A stretch of DNA of 64,000 bases from Cyanobacteria bacterium auto_48_18 (lineage in GTDB: Bacteria > Cyanobacteriota > Vampirovibrionia > Obscuribacterales > Obscuribacteraceae), in NCBI GenBank assembly GCA_036170915.1, contig JAVHQC010000006.1, positions 32,001-96,000 of the forward strand, in the 5' to 3' direction. The notes beneath the pieces were generated by a model, which worked only from the letters and a program-made list of their open reading frames with translations, was not told where the DNA came from and made no database searches. This document shows, one piece after another, positions 8,868-19,191 of the stretch (the stretch's first letter is position 1; each line of letters starts with the position of its first letter). The position numbers were made by a program, and so were the translations under genes.

Positions 8868-9656
8868 CTAAGCACTTTTGATCATTCGAACGATTTCACG
8901 CACGTGATCTAAAAACTGACTGTCAGATGAGAGTTTAGCAATTGCATTTTGCCCTTCGCGTCTTAATGTCTCGTGTTCTGCTCGATTGTCTTGCGCCAAC
9001 GTGGTGTACTTTTGTGCCAGGTGTTCCAGGTCAATTTTTAAGCTACCTATAGTGCGATTCATATTTGATGGCAAGCTGTCCGGATTTTTTGGATCCACGG
9101 CTGTCGACAACTGCTCCAGTAAAAGCTCGAGTTTTTCTACTTTCTCGCGCAGCACCAGCACGTCTTCTCGCGGATATTTGAAAGTGTGCCTAATATCTCT
9201 TAGTCTTTGCCAGAGGTATTCATAAGCTCGAACTGATGGCCTCAGAATCGTTAGCAAAGCTGCAGCTGCTGCACCAAAATACCCCACTGGAGTAATGTGC
9301 GCCGCTGACAAATAGAACAGTGCTGCCGCAGAAACCAGATGCAGTCCGATGGCAATACTTAGCGATATGGCTTTAATTTTCCTGACATATTTTGCTTTTA
9401 TTTCGTCGACTGCAATGCCTAACTTGAGGCTGTTATTGGCGTCGTCTTGAACTGCCAGTGCCTCAAAGTAGACGTTCCATGGAGCGATAGTAATGGCGAG
9501 TAACCACCAGGCCGTTGCGATGGCGATAATCCAGTCGACCATTGAACCGCTAGGTATATTCAGCCATTTGAGCAAGCCAAATAGAAGTGCGGTCATAACC
9601 ATCATCATTAAGGTGGCATAGATAAAAGAGCCTAGTCCGCGTCCCAAAATAAACAC
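8868..9656 (-). CDS. Hypothetical membrane protein (4 TM) with C-terminal coiled coil
   Basis: Hydrophobic segments and heptad-rich tail. Confidence 0.75.
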   Translation of the reverse strand: MFILGRGLGSFIYATLMMMVMTALLFGLLKWLNIPSGSMVDWIIAIATAWWLLAITIAPWNVYFEALAVQDDANNSLKLGIAVDEIKAKYVRKIKAISLSIAIGLHLVSAAALFYLSAAHITPVGYFGAAAAALLTILRPSVRAYEYLWQRLRDIRHTFKYPREDVLVLREKVEKLELLLEQLSTAVDPKNPDSLPSNMNRTIGSLKIDLEHLAQKYTTLAQDNRAEHETLRREGQNAIAKLSSDSQFLDHVREIVRMIKSA

Positions 9657-9753
9657 CTCCGCTTGCTTGATTTAGCATAGGCGGAGTCTCGTTCACTCAA
9701 TGACTAGACTGCTCACTTTGAAAACTGTTTGCTGCCTGCGTCTGCAAGACTAC

Positions 9754-11361
9754 TTAATTGGCTTCCGGAATTGAGGTCAGCTTGCCTAAAGTGTTGTAGA
9801 CGGTCACTGGTCCGAACAATTCCAGATCGTCTTTGATCTTTTTAGCGTCGCCCACCACAGCTACAACCAAATTATTTGAATCAATCAGTTTTCGCGCAGC
9901 TGTGCGCACGTCATCTACTTTAACTGCAGTTACTTTAGCCGCGTAAGTTTCCAGGAAATCATCAGGCAGATCGTAAAGCTTAGCTTCTAAAAGCCGCTGC
10001 GCCAGTCCACCTTGAGTTTCAAGGCCGAGCTGAAAGGAGCCGGCCAGATAGTTTTTAGCGCTGTTCAATTCGGCGTCGGTCACTTTAGTGGTGCGCATGC
10101 GGTCCAGTTCATAAAGAAATTCCTGCACTGATGGATTCGTCACTTCAGTGCGAACGTTGGCGCCGGCAAAGAACGTTCCTGGTTGCAAGCGTGCCGCCAT
10201 GCGGCTGTAAGCTCCATATGTATAACCTTTAGCTTCGCGTATATTGAGGAATAAGCGAGCGTGAGCTGCACCACCGAGAATTTGATTCATGACGATCATG
10301 GGGAAGTAATCCGGGTCACTTCTTTTCACTCCCACATTGCCAAGTTTGATAGATGTCTGTACGGAGCCCGGACGGTCCACCAGATAAAGTCTGCGTCCAG
10401 TTTGTTTTGGCAGCTGCGGTTGCACTACCTGAGCCACATCCGTGGCTTGCCACTGGGCACCGAATTTCTCATCGATTAGTTTGCGCATGGCTTCTTCTTT
10501 AAAGTCGCCAATCACAACTAAAACTGAACGATTTGGTTGATAGTGAGCTTTGTGGTAGGCCTCGATGTCTTTTCTTGTAATTTTATTGAGCGATTCTTCT
10601 GTGGCTGATACCACAGAATAAGGATGCTCGCCGAATAGCACTTTGCTGAAACGCTCTTCCACCAAAAAATCAGGACTGCCTCGCTTTATGGTCAATTCTT
10701 GAATTTGATTGACCTTTTTCAAGTTGAGCTCGTCTTCTGGAAAACTAGGATGCAGAAGCACGTCTGACAGTAAATCGAATAATCGGCCTGTGTAAGGTGA
10801 AAGTGCTGAGCCGCTCAAAATAGTGTAATCGTAGTCGATACTGGCTCCCAGCCCGCCGCCGATGAAGTCGATTTCAGAGGCGATTTCTTTGCTCTTTCTT
10901 GTGGTGGTTCCTTCAGTCAGTAAGTCGGCAGTCATGCTGGCCAGGCCAAGGTAATCTTTAGGCTCGTTAGAGCTACCTTCACGAAAACCAATATTGGCCG
11001 ATATGAATGGATAGCGATGATCTTCAACGAGCTGCACTTCCAGGCCGTTAGCTAGTTTAAAGCTAATAATTTTTGGCAGACTAAATGGTCTGGGTGCCGG
11101 CATCTTCGGAGCATCTTTGCGCCAGGCTTCGACAGCGGTGTTGGTAATTTGCGCACGTGACAGTGATTCTGAGGCTTTAGGAATTGCGGGCTGTTGCGGA
11201 GCAATCAATGCTTTGTTTGACTTGGCGCTTACTGTATTTGTAGTGGCTGCTTTAGTAGCTGCCTTAACCTCTGCTGCCAGGTTGACGGGTGTACCGGCAG
11301 CAAGTAAAAGCGAGCTTAATGCAAGGCGGAAGAGCTTTTCCATGCTTGATTTCATTTCCAT
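9754..11361 (-). CDS. M16B peptidase, non-catalytic subunit (exported)
   Basis: Signal peptide; KLANGLEV; lacks HxxEH; RLFLNIREAKGYTYG motif. Confidence 0.9.
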   Translation of the reverse strand: MEMKSSMEKLFRLALSSLLLAAGTPVNLAAEVKAATKAATTNTVSAKSNKALIAPQQPAIPKASESLSRAQITNTAVEAWRKDAPKMPAPRPFSLPKIISFKLANGLEVQLVEDHRYPFISANIGFREGSSNEPKDYLGLASMTADLLTEGTTTRKSKEIASEIDFIGGGLGASIDYDYTILSGSALSPYTGRLFDLLSDVLLHPSFPEDELNLKKVNQIQELTIKRGSPDFLVEERFSKVLFGEHPYSVVSATEESLNKITRKDIEAYHKAHYQPNRSVLVVIGDFKEEAMRKLIDEKFGAQWQATDVAQVVQPQLPKQTGRRLYLVDRPGSVQTSIKLGNVGVKRSDPDYFPMIVMNQILGGAAHARLFLNIREAKGYTYGAYSRMAARLQPGTFFAGANVRTEVTNPSVQEFLYELDRMRTTKVTDAELNSAKNYLAGSFQLGLETQGGLAQRLLEAKLYDLPDDFLETYAAKVTAVKVDDVRTAARKLIDSNNLVVAVVGDAKKIKDDLELFGPVTVYNTLGKLTSIPEAN

Positions 11362-11372
11362 CTATTTCCTGT

Positions 11373-12797
11373 TTAGCCTTTGGGTGCGGGAATGACATCA
11401 ACGGTGGTTGCACCTTCTCTCGAGAAGATGTCGCCGGCAACTCGTTGAATGTCTTCTTTACTGACATTTAGATATGCTTCCACGTCTTTGTCGATCAAAG
11501 TGGGATCACCAAAGAAGCTGGCGTATTCAGCTAACATTTCTGCTCTGCTGAGTGACTTTTGCAGCGATGAGTGGCTGCTGGATGAGAACAGCGCGCGAAG
11601 AATTTGATTTTTTGCTTTCTGTAATTCAAAATCTGTAACCGGCGCAGCCTTGACTTTGTCGAGTTCGCTGAAAACTACTTCTCGTACTTTCTCTGGTGTG
11701 GAGCCGCTCTTATAAACCACAAAAGTTTCAAACAGCGAGGGGCCACGCCGCTCGTCGTAAGAGCAGCTAACTTGCAAGGCCACCTGATCTTCTTTAACTA
11801 AGCGTTGATAGAGCCTTGATGATTCGCCTGTGGAAAGAATTGTTTGCAATAAATTGAGGGCATAAAAATCTTTATCACGACGTGCAGGTGCTTTCCAGGC
11901 AACCCAGAAAGCCGGAGCCTGAGCCAGGCTATCGCTCACTTTTAAATATTTTGCTTTAGTTTGTTTTGGTTCGCTTAAATCTGGGCGCGTGGGTAGTGTT
12001 GCTTTCGGTATGGTGGCAAAATATTTTTCTACCAACTTTGTTGCGTCTTCACTGTTGAAGTCACCAACTATTGCCATGGTGGCATTATTGGGTGAATAGT
12101 AAGTATCAAAGAACTTGCGCACATCGGCGATTGACGAGGCTTCCAGGTCTTCAACCGAGCCGATTGGCGGATGCCCGTTGCTCCAGTTGTCGAATGCCAG
12201 TTCTTCTAATTTGATCGAGGCCGGTGCGTAAGGTTGATTATCAACTCGCATACGCTTTTCTTCTTTTACGGTCTCTAATTGATTAGCAAATTTTTCCGGC
12301 GTCACTTTGAGTGAACGCATGCGATCGGATTCCAACCACAAGGCAAGCTCTAATTGATTGCTCGGCAGTTTCTCATAATAGTTGGTGTAATCGGCATGGG
12401 TTGAGGCATTTAAGCTGCCGCCGGCACTTTCAATAAACTTAAAATGTTCCATTTTTGGAACGTTCTCAGAGCCTTGAAACATCATGTGTTCAAATAAATG
12501 GGCAAATCCTGAGCGGTTCTTGATCTCGTCTCGGGCGCCCACATCGTAGACAATTGCCACTGATACTACAGGCGCTGCATGATCTTCTGAGAGTACTACT
12601 CTCAGTCCGTTTGCCAATTTGAAATCTTTGGTCACCGGAATGAGTGGCTTCTTCATGGCAATGTCAACTTTACCCAGTGGCGCTGTACTTTGACCGAATG
12701 CCGCCAGCGGAGAGATCAGGTGATTGCTAACACAACTGAGTGCACTAAGCAGCACTATCCGTTTCTGTATCGATGATCCTGGTCCCAATAACTTCAT
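11373..12797 (-). CDS. M16B zinc peptidase, catalytic subunit
   Basis: GFAHLFEHMMFQGS (HxxEH), NASTHADYTNYY, LWLESDRM; start placed after the upstream small ORF. Confidence 0.92.
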   Translation of the reverse strand: MKLLGPGSSIQKRIVLLSALSCVSNHLISPLAAFGQSTAPLGKVDIAMKKPLIPVTKDFKLANGLRVVLSEDHAAPVVSVAIVYDVGARDEIKNRSGFAHLFEHMMFQGSENVPKMEHFKFIESAGGSLNASTHADYTNYYEKLPSNQLELALWLESDRMRSLKVTPEKFANQLETVKEEKRMRVDNQPYAPASIKLEELAFDNWSNGHPPIGSVEDLEASSIADVRKFFDTYYSPNNATMAIVGDFNSEDATKLVEKYFATIPKATLPTRPDLSEPKQTKAKYLKVSDSLAQAPAFWVAWKAPARRDKDFYALNLLQTILSTGESSRLYQRLVKEDQVALQVSCSYDERRGPSLFETFVVYKSGSTPEKVREVVFSELDKVKAAPVTDFELQKAKNQILRALFSSSSHSSLQKSLSRAEMLAEYASFFGDPTLIDKDVEAYLNVSKEDIQRVAGDIFSREGATTVDVIPAPKG

Positions 12798-12798
12798 C

Positions 12799-12996
12799 CT
12801 AGCTGTCATCCTCATCATCATCAGTTCCCAAAAGCACGGAGGACCAAAATATTGCCACCACCAGTAGAGACAGTATGGCCGCGCCCACGCAGACTTTCTC
12901 CGGTACGCCATAACGGTGCAGCATCAGGTAAGAGGCCAGGGATAAGACCAGGGCCAGTAATGCCACCACGTGATTGAGTGAGTATCGGCGCAACAT
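12799..12996 (-). CDS. Small 2-TM membrane protein with acidic tail (65 aa)
   Basis: GAGG RBS, two hydrophobic helices, stop abuts the M16 start. Confidence 0.65.
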   Translation of the reverse strand: MLRRYSLNHVVALLALVLSLASYLMLHRYGVPEKVCVGAAILSLLVVAIFWSSVLLGTDDDEDDS

Positions 12997-13056
12997 GGTC
13001 TATCCTCGGCCACTTATTTTGGATCTGTTCTGCCAGCCAGCCAGCCAAATACCTTA

Positions 13057-13860
13057 TTATCCGCGAGCTAACTTGAGCGTATCGGCGCAAGTGCATTTTT
13101 CACGAGAGTCAGGAATGGTCTCAATCAAATTAACAAGCAGCGTTTGCAGCTTGCTGATATTGGCGGAGAAGACTTTCATTACTTCCGCATGGGAAACAGG
13201 ATCGACATTGGCCGTGACACCACTATCATAATCGGTGATCAGAGATACGTTGACCACACACATCGAAAGTTCTTTAGCCAGGTAGGCTTCCGGATATTGG
13301 GTCATGTTAATTACTTCCCAACCCATTTTATTGAACCAGGCAGACTCGGCCTTAGTTGAAAATCTAGGTCCTTGAATCACTACCACAGTGCCGGCAGGGT
13401 GCATGGTAATGCCCGCTTTCTCACCGGCTTTTACCGCCAGCTCGCGCAGTTGAGGACAGTAGCATTCGGCTGGTGAAACGTGAGTGGTGATTGGTCCATC
13501 ATAAAAAGTATCAGCTCTGCCAGATGTGCGGTCCACAAATTGATCACAGACCACAAATTCACCTGGCTTGACGTGAATTTGCAATGAGCCGGCGGCGCAG
13601 GGTGAGATGATGCGCTTCACTCCTAATGATTTCATTGCCCAGAGATTGGCTCGGTAGTTGACTTTTTGCGGTGGAATGGTGTGCTTCTCGCCGTGTCTGG
13701 GCATAAAGGCTACTCTTTTTCCACCCATGGTGCCTATCGCCAGAGGGGCAGAGGGTGCGCCATAAGGTGTTTCAACCAGCGTTTCCTCATATTTGTCGAG
13801 CAGCTTGTAGAAGCCGGAGCCTCCGAAAATGCCAATGTCGGCGAGGGATTTTGTTTCCAT
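13057..13860 (-). CDS. mtnP: S-methyl-5'-thioadenosine phosphorylase
   Basis: GIFGGSGFY, PRHG, NYRAN, DQFVDRT, GPRFSTKAES, TDYD. Confidence 0.93.
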   Translation of the reverse strand: METKSLADIGIFGGSGFYKLLDKYEETLVETPYGAPSAPLAIGTMGGKRVAFMPRHGEKHTIPPQKVNYRANLWAMKSLGVKRIISPCAAGSLQIHVKPGEFVVCDQFVDRTSGRADTFYDGPITTHVSPAECYCPQLRELAVKAGEKAGITMHPAGTVVVIQGPRFSTKAESAWFNKMGWEVINMTQYPEAYLAKELSMCVVNVSLITDYDSGVTANVDPVSHAEVMKVFSANISKLQTLLVNLIETIPDSREKCTCADTLKLARG

Positions 13861-14155
13861 TTTTCTCTCATGTTTGTTAGCTAAATCTACAGTCGAGCCG
13901 AGTTCCCGATGGGCAGCAGACTGATATAGGGCATTATCCTAGCACCATCAAGGGGCCATTTTTAGCCCAAATTTTTTGAGGTTGCGATCAAAAACGCTTC
14001 TTATCAGGAATTTCACCAGGTGGAATTCAGGGAATCACCCAGAAAAAAAACGTGTGAATGTCTAAAAGCTTGATTGACTGGGTATAAAGCACTTGTCAAG
14101 GGCGTCGTGATCAAGTCGTAATTTAGTCGCAACCAAGTCGGGGTCTCGTTTTAAT

Positions 14156-15499
14156 ATGTCGTGGAAACATCTACTCGCTTTCCCTGTGGTCATTTCACTC
14201 GCTTTGGGAGGTTCCGGTTTACTCGGTGCCCAGGGCCAAACTGACTACATTGCATCTTCATCTGACAAGGTGCGGCTGGCGCATGGCATCACACTTGTGC
14301 CATCGATTCAGCCGGAAGGGCTCTATCACAGAGTCTGGCGTCTGATTAAAGAAGATTATTACGAGCCTAGCTTTACTGGCCAATCGTGGGATCGCTGGGA
14401 GCACCGCTACGATGGCAAACTGAAGACCTTGGAAGATGCTCACAAAGCCATTGAGACAATGCTTGCCAGTTTGGGCGATCGCTACACTCGTTTTCTCGAT
14501 CGTGATGCCTTCGATGATGAGAAGTCGCAAATTGATGCCAAGCTTTATGGCATTGGTGTGCAGATTGGCATTGATCCCGATTCTAAGAAAGTGATTGTGA
14601 TCACGCCTATTGAAGATACTCCCGCCTATAAGGCAGGCATTCTTGCTGCAGATGAATTGACCGAAATCGATGGGAAAAGCACTAAAGGTTTCAATGTTGA
14701 AGAGGCAGCCAAGCACATACGCGGCGCCATCAATACGCCGGTTAACCTGGTTGTCACACGTGGCGGCAAGCGCGTCAAAATTAAAGTGGTGCGCGCCGAG
14801 ATTGCCATCAAAGCCGTTCCTACGGCCAAGATGCTCGATTCAGACGTGGGCTACATTCGTTTATCAAGCTTCATTTCTCAACAGGCTAATCGCGAAATGA
14901 AAGAAGCGATCAGCAAATTGGCCAGTGCTAAAGGAATAGTGCTGGATTTGCGTGACAATCCTGGTGGATTGCTGACCAATGCAATTGATATTTCCAACAT
15001 GTTCCTTGATTCTGGCAATATTCTCTCCACCGTTGATAGAGATGGTTACAAGACTCCAGCTCAGTCAGATGGTCATCCTATATGTATGAAACCGCTGGCA
15101 CTGCTGATTAACAAAGGCAGCGCGTCTGCCTCTGAAATCACATCTGGTGCCTTGCACGACAATAATCGCGCCATTCTTGTCGGTCAACGTACTTTTGGTA
15201 AGGGCCTGGTGCAGGGTATTAATCGTTTGGAAGATGGCAGTGGAGTCAATGTCACCATCGCCAAATATCTCACGCCCAACGACACTGATATTCATAAAAA
15301 GGGCATCTCACCTGATGTGGCGGTGGAGCTGTCGGAGCAGGATCTGAAAGATAAAAAAGGCCCATGGTGGTTGGAGAAACCCACTGCTGGTGTGCGTCGC
15401 AGCCCAGAAGACGGCAAAGATGTGCAATTGAAGGCAGCGCTCGAGGCTGTGCATAAACGAATTACCGAAGGTGATCATCTAGCAGTACACTTGCGTTGA
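14156..15499 (+). CDS. ctpA: Carboxyl-terminal processing protease (S41A, PDZ)
   Basis: LDLRDNPGGLL, SASASEI (catalytic Ser), GQRTFGKGLVQ (Lys); signal peptide. Confidence 0.93.
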   Translation: MSWKHLLAFPVVISLALGGSGLLGAQGQTDYIASSSDKVRLAHGITLVPSIQPEGLYHRVWRLIKEDYYEPSFTGQSWDRWEHRYDGKLKTLEDAHKAIETMLASLGDRYTRFLDRDAFDDEKSQIDAKLYGIGVQIGIDPDSKKVIVITPIEDTPAYKAGILAADELTEIDGKSTKGFNVEEAAKHIRGAINTPVNLVVTRGGKRVKIKVVRAEIAIKAVPTAKMLDSDVGYIRLSSFISQQANREMKEAISKLASAKGIVLDLRDNPGGLLTNAIDISNMFLDSGNILSTVDRDGYKTPAQSDGHPICMKPLALLINKGSASASEITSGALHDNNRAILVGQRTFGKGLVQGINRLEDGSGVNVTIAKYLTPNDTDIHKKGISPDVAVELSEQDLKDKKGPWWLEKPTAGVRRSPEDGKDVQLKAALEAVHKRITEGDHLAVHLR

Positions 15500-15541
15500 G
15501 CAAATTGTTATGATTAGCACTCCCGCACCCTTGGAAATCGA

Positions 15542-16288
15542 ATGTCAGCAGGTCAGAGTCGAGAAGTTTCCGGTTTAACCATTGTTGGCACTGAAAGTGG
15601 TTGCGGCAAGACTGTCTTTATGACCGGTTTGTCTGCCTTATTGAGGCAGCAAGGCGTGAATGTACGTGCTGTCAAACCAATCTGTCTTGGCGCTAAAGAC
15701 CGGGCAGAGTCTGAGATCTCTTTCATCTGCTCTATCAGTGGTACGCCTCGCAACTACGCTTCGGTAGTAATTTCGTCGGCGAAAAATTTGACCGACGCTC
15801 AGTGGGCCCATTCGCTTTCTGTAGGTTTGGGTTCAGAATTGAGCCTGGTGGAAACGCCCGGTAGCTGCGCGTCACCTATGAGTTTTGAGCAAAGCCATGT
15901 TGGTACTCTCGCTCATGCCTGGAAGGACACGCGTGATTTTGCCAGAGAACTTGGTTATCCATGCATTATCGTTGCGCACCACAATCATGAAGCCATAGAA
16001 AAACTGGTGCTTGCTTACAGTTACATGCACGAGTTTGTCAAAATCGCAGGCATGGTCACGGTTGAAACTCAGGCCAATGAAGGCAAACAGTTAGAAAGTA
16101 AGTTGACCCGCTCAGAAGTGGCTCTTCTTCTTGCTTCTCGCACGCATGCTCCATACCTCGGCTGTCTTAAATTCAGTCCTTCCATTTCAGTGCCACGAGT
16201 CAATCAGGGCAACCTGGTTAAGATAACCGCGGAAGGCATTGACTTATTACTAATTCTCAAAACACTCAATCTAGGCGTCGTTAAATAG
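15542..16288 (+). CDS. Dethiobiotin synthase-like P-loop protein (divergent)
   Basis: GTESGCGKT, AVKP; EGAGG motif replaced by ETPGS. Confidence 0.65.
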   Translation: MSAGQSREVSGLTIVGTESGCGKTVFMTGLSALLRQQGVNVRAVKPICLGAKDRAESEISFICSISGTPRNYASVVISSAKNLTDAQWAHSLSVGLGSELSLVETPGSCASPMSFEQSHVGTLAHAWKDTRDFARELGYPCIIVAHHNHEAIEKLVLAYSYMHEFVKIAGMVTVETQANEGKQLESKLTRSEVALLLASRTHAPYLGCLKFSPSISVPRVNQGNLVKITAEGIDLLLILKTLNLGVVK

Positions 16289-16289
16289 C

Positions 16290-18104
16290 TTAGCGGCCGC
16301 CGAAATCACTGTAAAAGGCATTGGGATCGCTGCTCCATGAATGACGCCTGCGCGGTCTGTCTTCAGTTGCACTGTCGGAATGCTTTGCCACGCGCCTGAC
16401 TTTCGCCTGGCGCACTTCTGTTACCGCCTGCAGTCTCGGCTTACGTTTCACCAGGCGCAAGGGTGTGGAGTCTACAAACATTATTGGTGGCGACTTAGTT
16501 CTCTCTCTATTCTTCTCTGTATTCTTCTCTGATTTCTCAGCATTCTGCGCTTGAATCTGCGTATTCTGCAAAGTGCTTTGCTGCAAATTTGAATTCATGC
16601 CAGCATTTACCTGGGCACCATTTGTAGTGCCATTAGAGTTTGTCTGATTAACTGGCGCATTTAGATGAATGGAATTAGCACTTGAATTAGCACTAGAATT
16701 AACGGCCGAATTCACAGCGGGGCCCGCTGTAACAACTGGTTTGACGCTGCTCTGGTGAGTGGAGACATATTGATAAAGCATAAACAGGCCCATGACCAGG
16801 AAACCAGTTATGAGTAGGGTTACCGTCACCACAATCATTACCAGGCGACCGGCACCAGAATCTTTGGAAGTCGCAATGTTACTACTAGAAGTACTATTTG
16901 AATTACTACTAGAATTACTATTAGAATTGACCGTATGTGGTGCCAAGTTTTGCGCTACAGCAGAACTCTTATTCTCTTCTAGCTTCTCTTGCTTTTCTAT
17001 TTTTTCTTTTTCGTCTCTATCTTTTTCTTCTGTGACAATGACAGCAGCGGCAGGTGCCAAATTGTTGTCTTTGGTAGGCGTCTGATTTGTTATTGCCAGG
17101 GCTAGAGCGGCACGCGCTGCTACTTTAGCCGCCTCTTTAACCGGGTCGTCAGGTTCAGAAGGCATCGCGTCCATTGTCTCAAAAGTTAGTGTCGCTTCTG
17201 ATGTTTTTCTGTCAGGGTAGAGTTTGAGAAGTTCACTGCGTAGCTCTTGCATAGAGGCGTAGCGTTCGTCGCTATTTTTTCGCAAGCATTTTAAAACCAC
17301 AGCTTCCAGTCTTTCTGGAATATTGAGATTGGGCGAAATGGTGGCAAATGACAGCGGATACTCAGAAAGCTTTCTGGCAATGGTTTCTGGAAAACTGGCA
17401 CCACGATGCGGCACTTCGCCTGTGAGTACGCGGAACATTACACAGCCAAGGCTATAAATGTCTGAGCGATTGTCGACTTGTCCGCCAACGCATTGTTCAG
17501 GGCTCATGTAAAAAGGTGAACCCCAGATTTCACCTGACTTGGTTAGCTGCTGCGACTCAGATGTCAATTTGACGATGCCGAAATCTAGAATTTTGGCGAA
17601 TTCAACCTGGTCGCGTTTGCCTACCATGATATTGAGCGGCTTCAGATCGCGGTGGATAATGCCCTGTCCGTGTGCATAGCTCATGGCTTCGCAAATTTGC
17701 ACGAAAATCGGCAATGCTCTGGCGGGGCTCATGGTTGTTTCTTTGTCTAAAATCGCTTGCAAAGACTTGCCGTCCACAAGCTCAAGCACAAGGTAAGGTT
17801 CAGATTTGGCGGTAAAACCAAAATCAAATGTAGTAACGATACCAGGGTGATTGAGCAGGCCAAGGGCTTTCGCTTCGCGCGTGAGTCTTTGCACGGCGGT
17901 TGCATCTGAGGCGATCTCGACAGGCAAAAATTTGATAGCCACGTCGCGCCCAATGGTTTCTTGGCTGGCACGATAGACATTGCCCATAGCTCCAGAGCCG
18001 AGCAGCCCTGTAATGACAAAGGCTGAACCCACACGTGAGCCGATCATGCTGTGCTCATCATCTTGGGAGGCTTTTTGCTTAACGGTAGATTCCTGTGGAT
18101 CCAA
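16290..18104 (-). CDS. Hanks-type Ser/Thr kinase with TM and low-complexity tail
   Basis: GSGAMG, VAIK, HRDLKPLN, DFG, GSPFYMSPEQ. Confidence 0.93.
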   Translation of the reverse strand: MDPQESTVKQKASQDDEHSMIGSRVGSAFVITGLLGSGAMGNVYRASQETIGRDVAIKFLPVEIASDATAVQRLTREAKALGLLNHPGIVTTFDFGFTAKSEPYLVLELVDGKSLQAILDKETTMSPARALPIFVQICEAMSYAHGQGIIHRDLKPLNIMVGKRDQVEFAKILDFGIVKLTSESQQLTKSGEIWGSPFYMSPEQCVGGQVDNRSDIYSLGCVMFRVLTGEVPHRGASFPETIARKLSEYPLSFATISPNLNIPERLEAVVLKCLRKNSDERYASMQELRSELLKLYPDRKTSEATLTFETMDAMPSEPDDPVKEAAKVAARAALALAITNQTPTKDNNLAPAAAVIVTEEKDRDEKEKIEKQEKLEENKSSAVAQNLAPHTVNSNSNSSSNSNSTSSSNIATSKDSGAGRLVMIVVTVTLLITGFLVMGLFMLYQYVSTHQSSVKPVVTAGPAVNSAVNSSANSSANSIHLNAPVNQTNSNGTTNGAQVNAGMNSNLQQSTLQNTQIQAQNAEKSEKNTEKNRERTKSPPIMFVDSTPLRLVKRKPRLQAVTEVRQAKVRRVAKHSDSATEDRPRRRHSWSSDPNAFYSDFGGR

Positions 18105-18218
18105 CCAGCCTTCCTCTTTTCTCAGGGGTGTCAGTCACGTCTATTTTAGCCTGATCGGTAGCCAAGAAATAAAACATATATATCGTCAGCCCACTTTTGG
18201 CGCAAAATGTGATACTTA

Positions 18219-19127
18219 TTGATTCCAACGCTCAGGAATTGCTTTGAGAAAACCTTGAAAGACGCAAGCCACGACTCACCCAAGCCTGCATTGGCCAACG
18301 AGCTGAAACTGCCGTCAAATTCCAGCGAGCTAATTATTTACACGATGTCTGACTCTAGCGGAGAGACTGCCGAGGCTGTGGCTCGCGCCGCCCTGGTGCA
18401 ATTTCCTCCCGGCCATGCATCTATTTATAGATTGCCGCAAGTGAGAAGCTCTCAACAAATTCCCGGCATGGTACGCGAAATTGCCCAGGGTCGCTCAATT
18501 ATTGCTTACACATTGGTGTTACCTGAGTATCGCGAAACTCTAGAAGCTGAAGCCAGTAAATTTAAAGTGCCGAGCATTGACCTAATCGGATCGCTAATGG
18601 CTCGCATAGGCAATTTGACTGGCGCCCAACCACTGTCGCAACCAGGTCGTTTGCACATACTTGATGAAAGCTATTTCAAACGCATCGAAGCAGTCGACTT
18701 TGCCATACGTTTTGACGACGGTAAAAACCCAGATGGCATTCTTCAAGCTGATGTGGTGCTGGTTGGAGTATCGCGCACCAGTAAAACCCCTAACTGTATG
18801 TACCTGGCGCACCATTATGGTCTTAAGGCCGCTAACGTGCCCATTGTTTTTGGTGTTGAGCCGCCCAGGGCATTGTTTCAAGTTCCAGCCAAACGCATCT
18901 TTGGTTTGAAAATTGATCCTTATCAGTTGCAAGAGATAAGAAGCACACGAGCAGCCGTTCTTGGTATGCCGAATAATACCGACTACGCCGATCCTGAACG
19001 CATTATGCAAGAGAGTCGATACGCAAAAAAAATATTTCGAGAATTGAAATGCCACATTCTCGACGTTTCGGCAAAAGCAATTGAAGAGACGTCGTCTGAA
19101 ATTTTCATGAATATGCGTGGTGACTAA
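18219..19127 (+). CDS. PPDK/PEPS regulatory kinase-pyrophosphorylase (DUF299)
   Basis: SDSSGETAE, FDDGKNP, GVSRTSKTP; adjacent to ppdK; start uncertain. Confidence 0.92.
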   Translation: MIPTLRNCFEKTLKDASHDSPKPALANELKLPSNSSELIIYTMSDSSGETAEAVARAALVQFPPGHASIYRLPQVRSSQQIPGMVREIAQGRSIIAYTLVLPEYRETLEAEASKFKVPSIDLIGSLMARIGNLTGAQPLSQPGRLHILDESYFKRIEAVDFAIRFDDGKNPDGILQADVVLVGVSRTSKTPNCMYLAHHYGLKAANVPIVFGVEPPRALFQVPAKRIFGLKIDPYQLQEIRSTRAAVLGMPNNTDYADPERIMQESRYAKKIFRELKCHILDVSAKAIEETSSEIFMNMRGD

Positions 19128-19191
19128 TTTAACTGACCAACTAAAAAACAGACCAGTACCCAGCTCAATCAATAATGGAGAATCGAGAAAA

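Noticed and set aside
14008..14028. Imperfect inverted repeat between mtnP and ctpA
   Set aside because: Single occurrence with no regulator assignable
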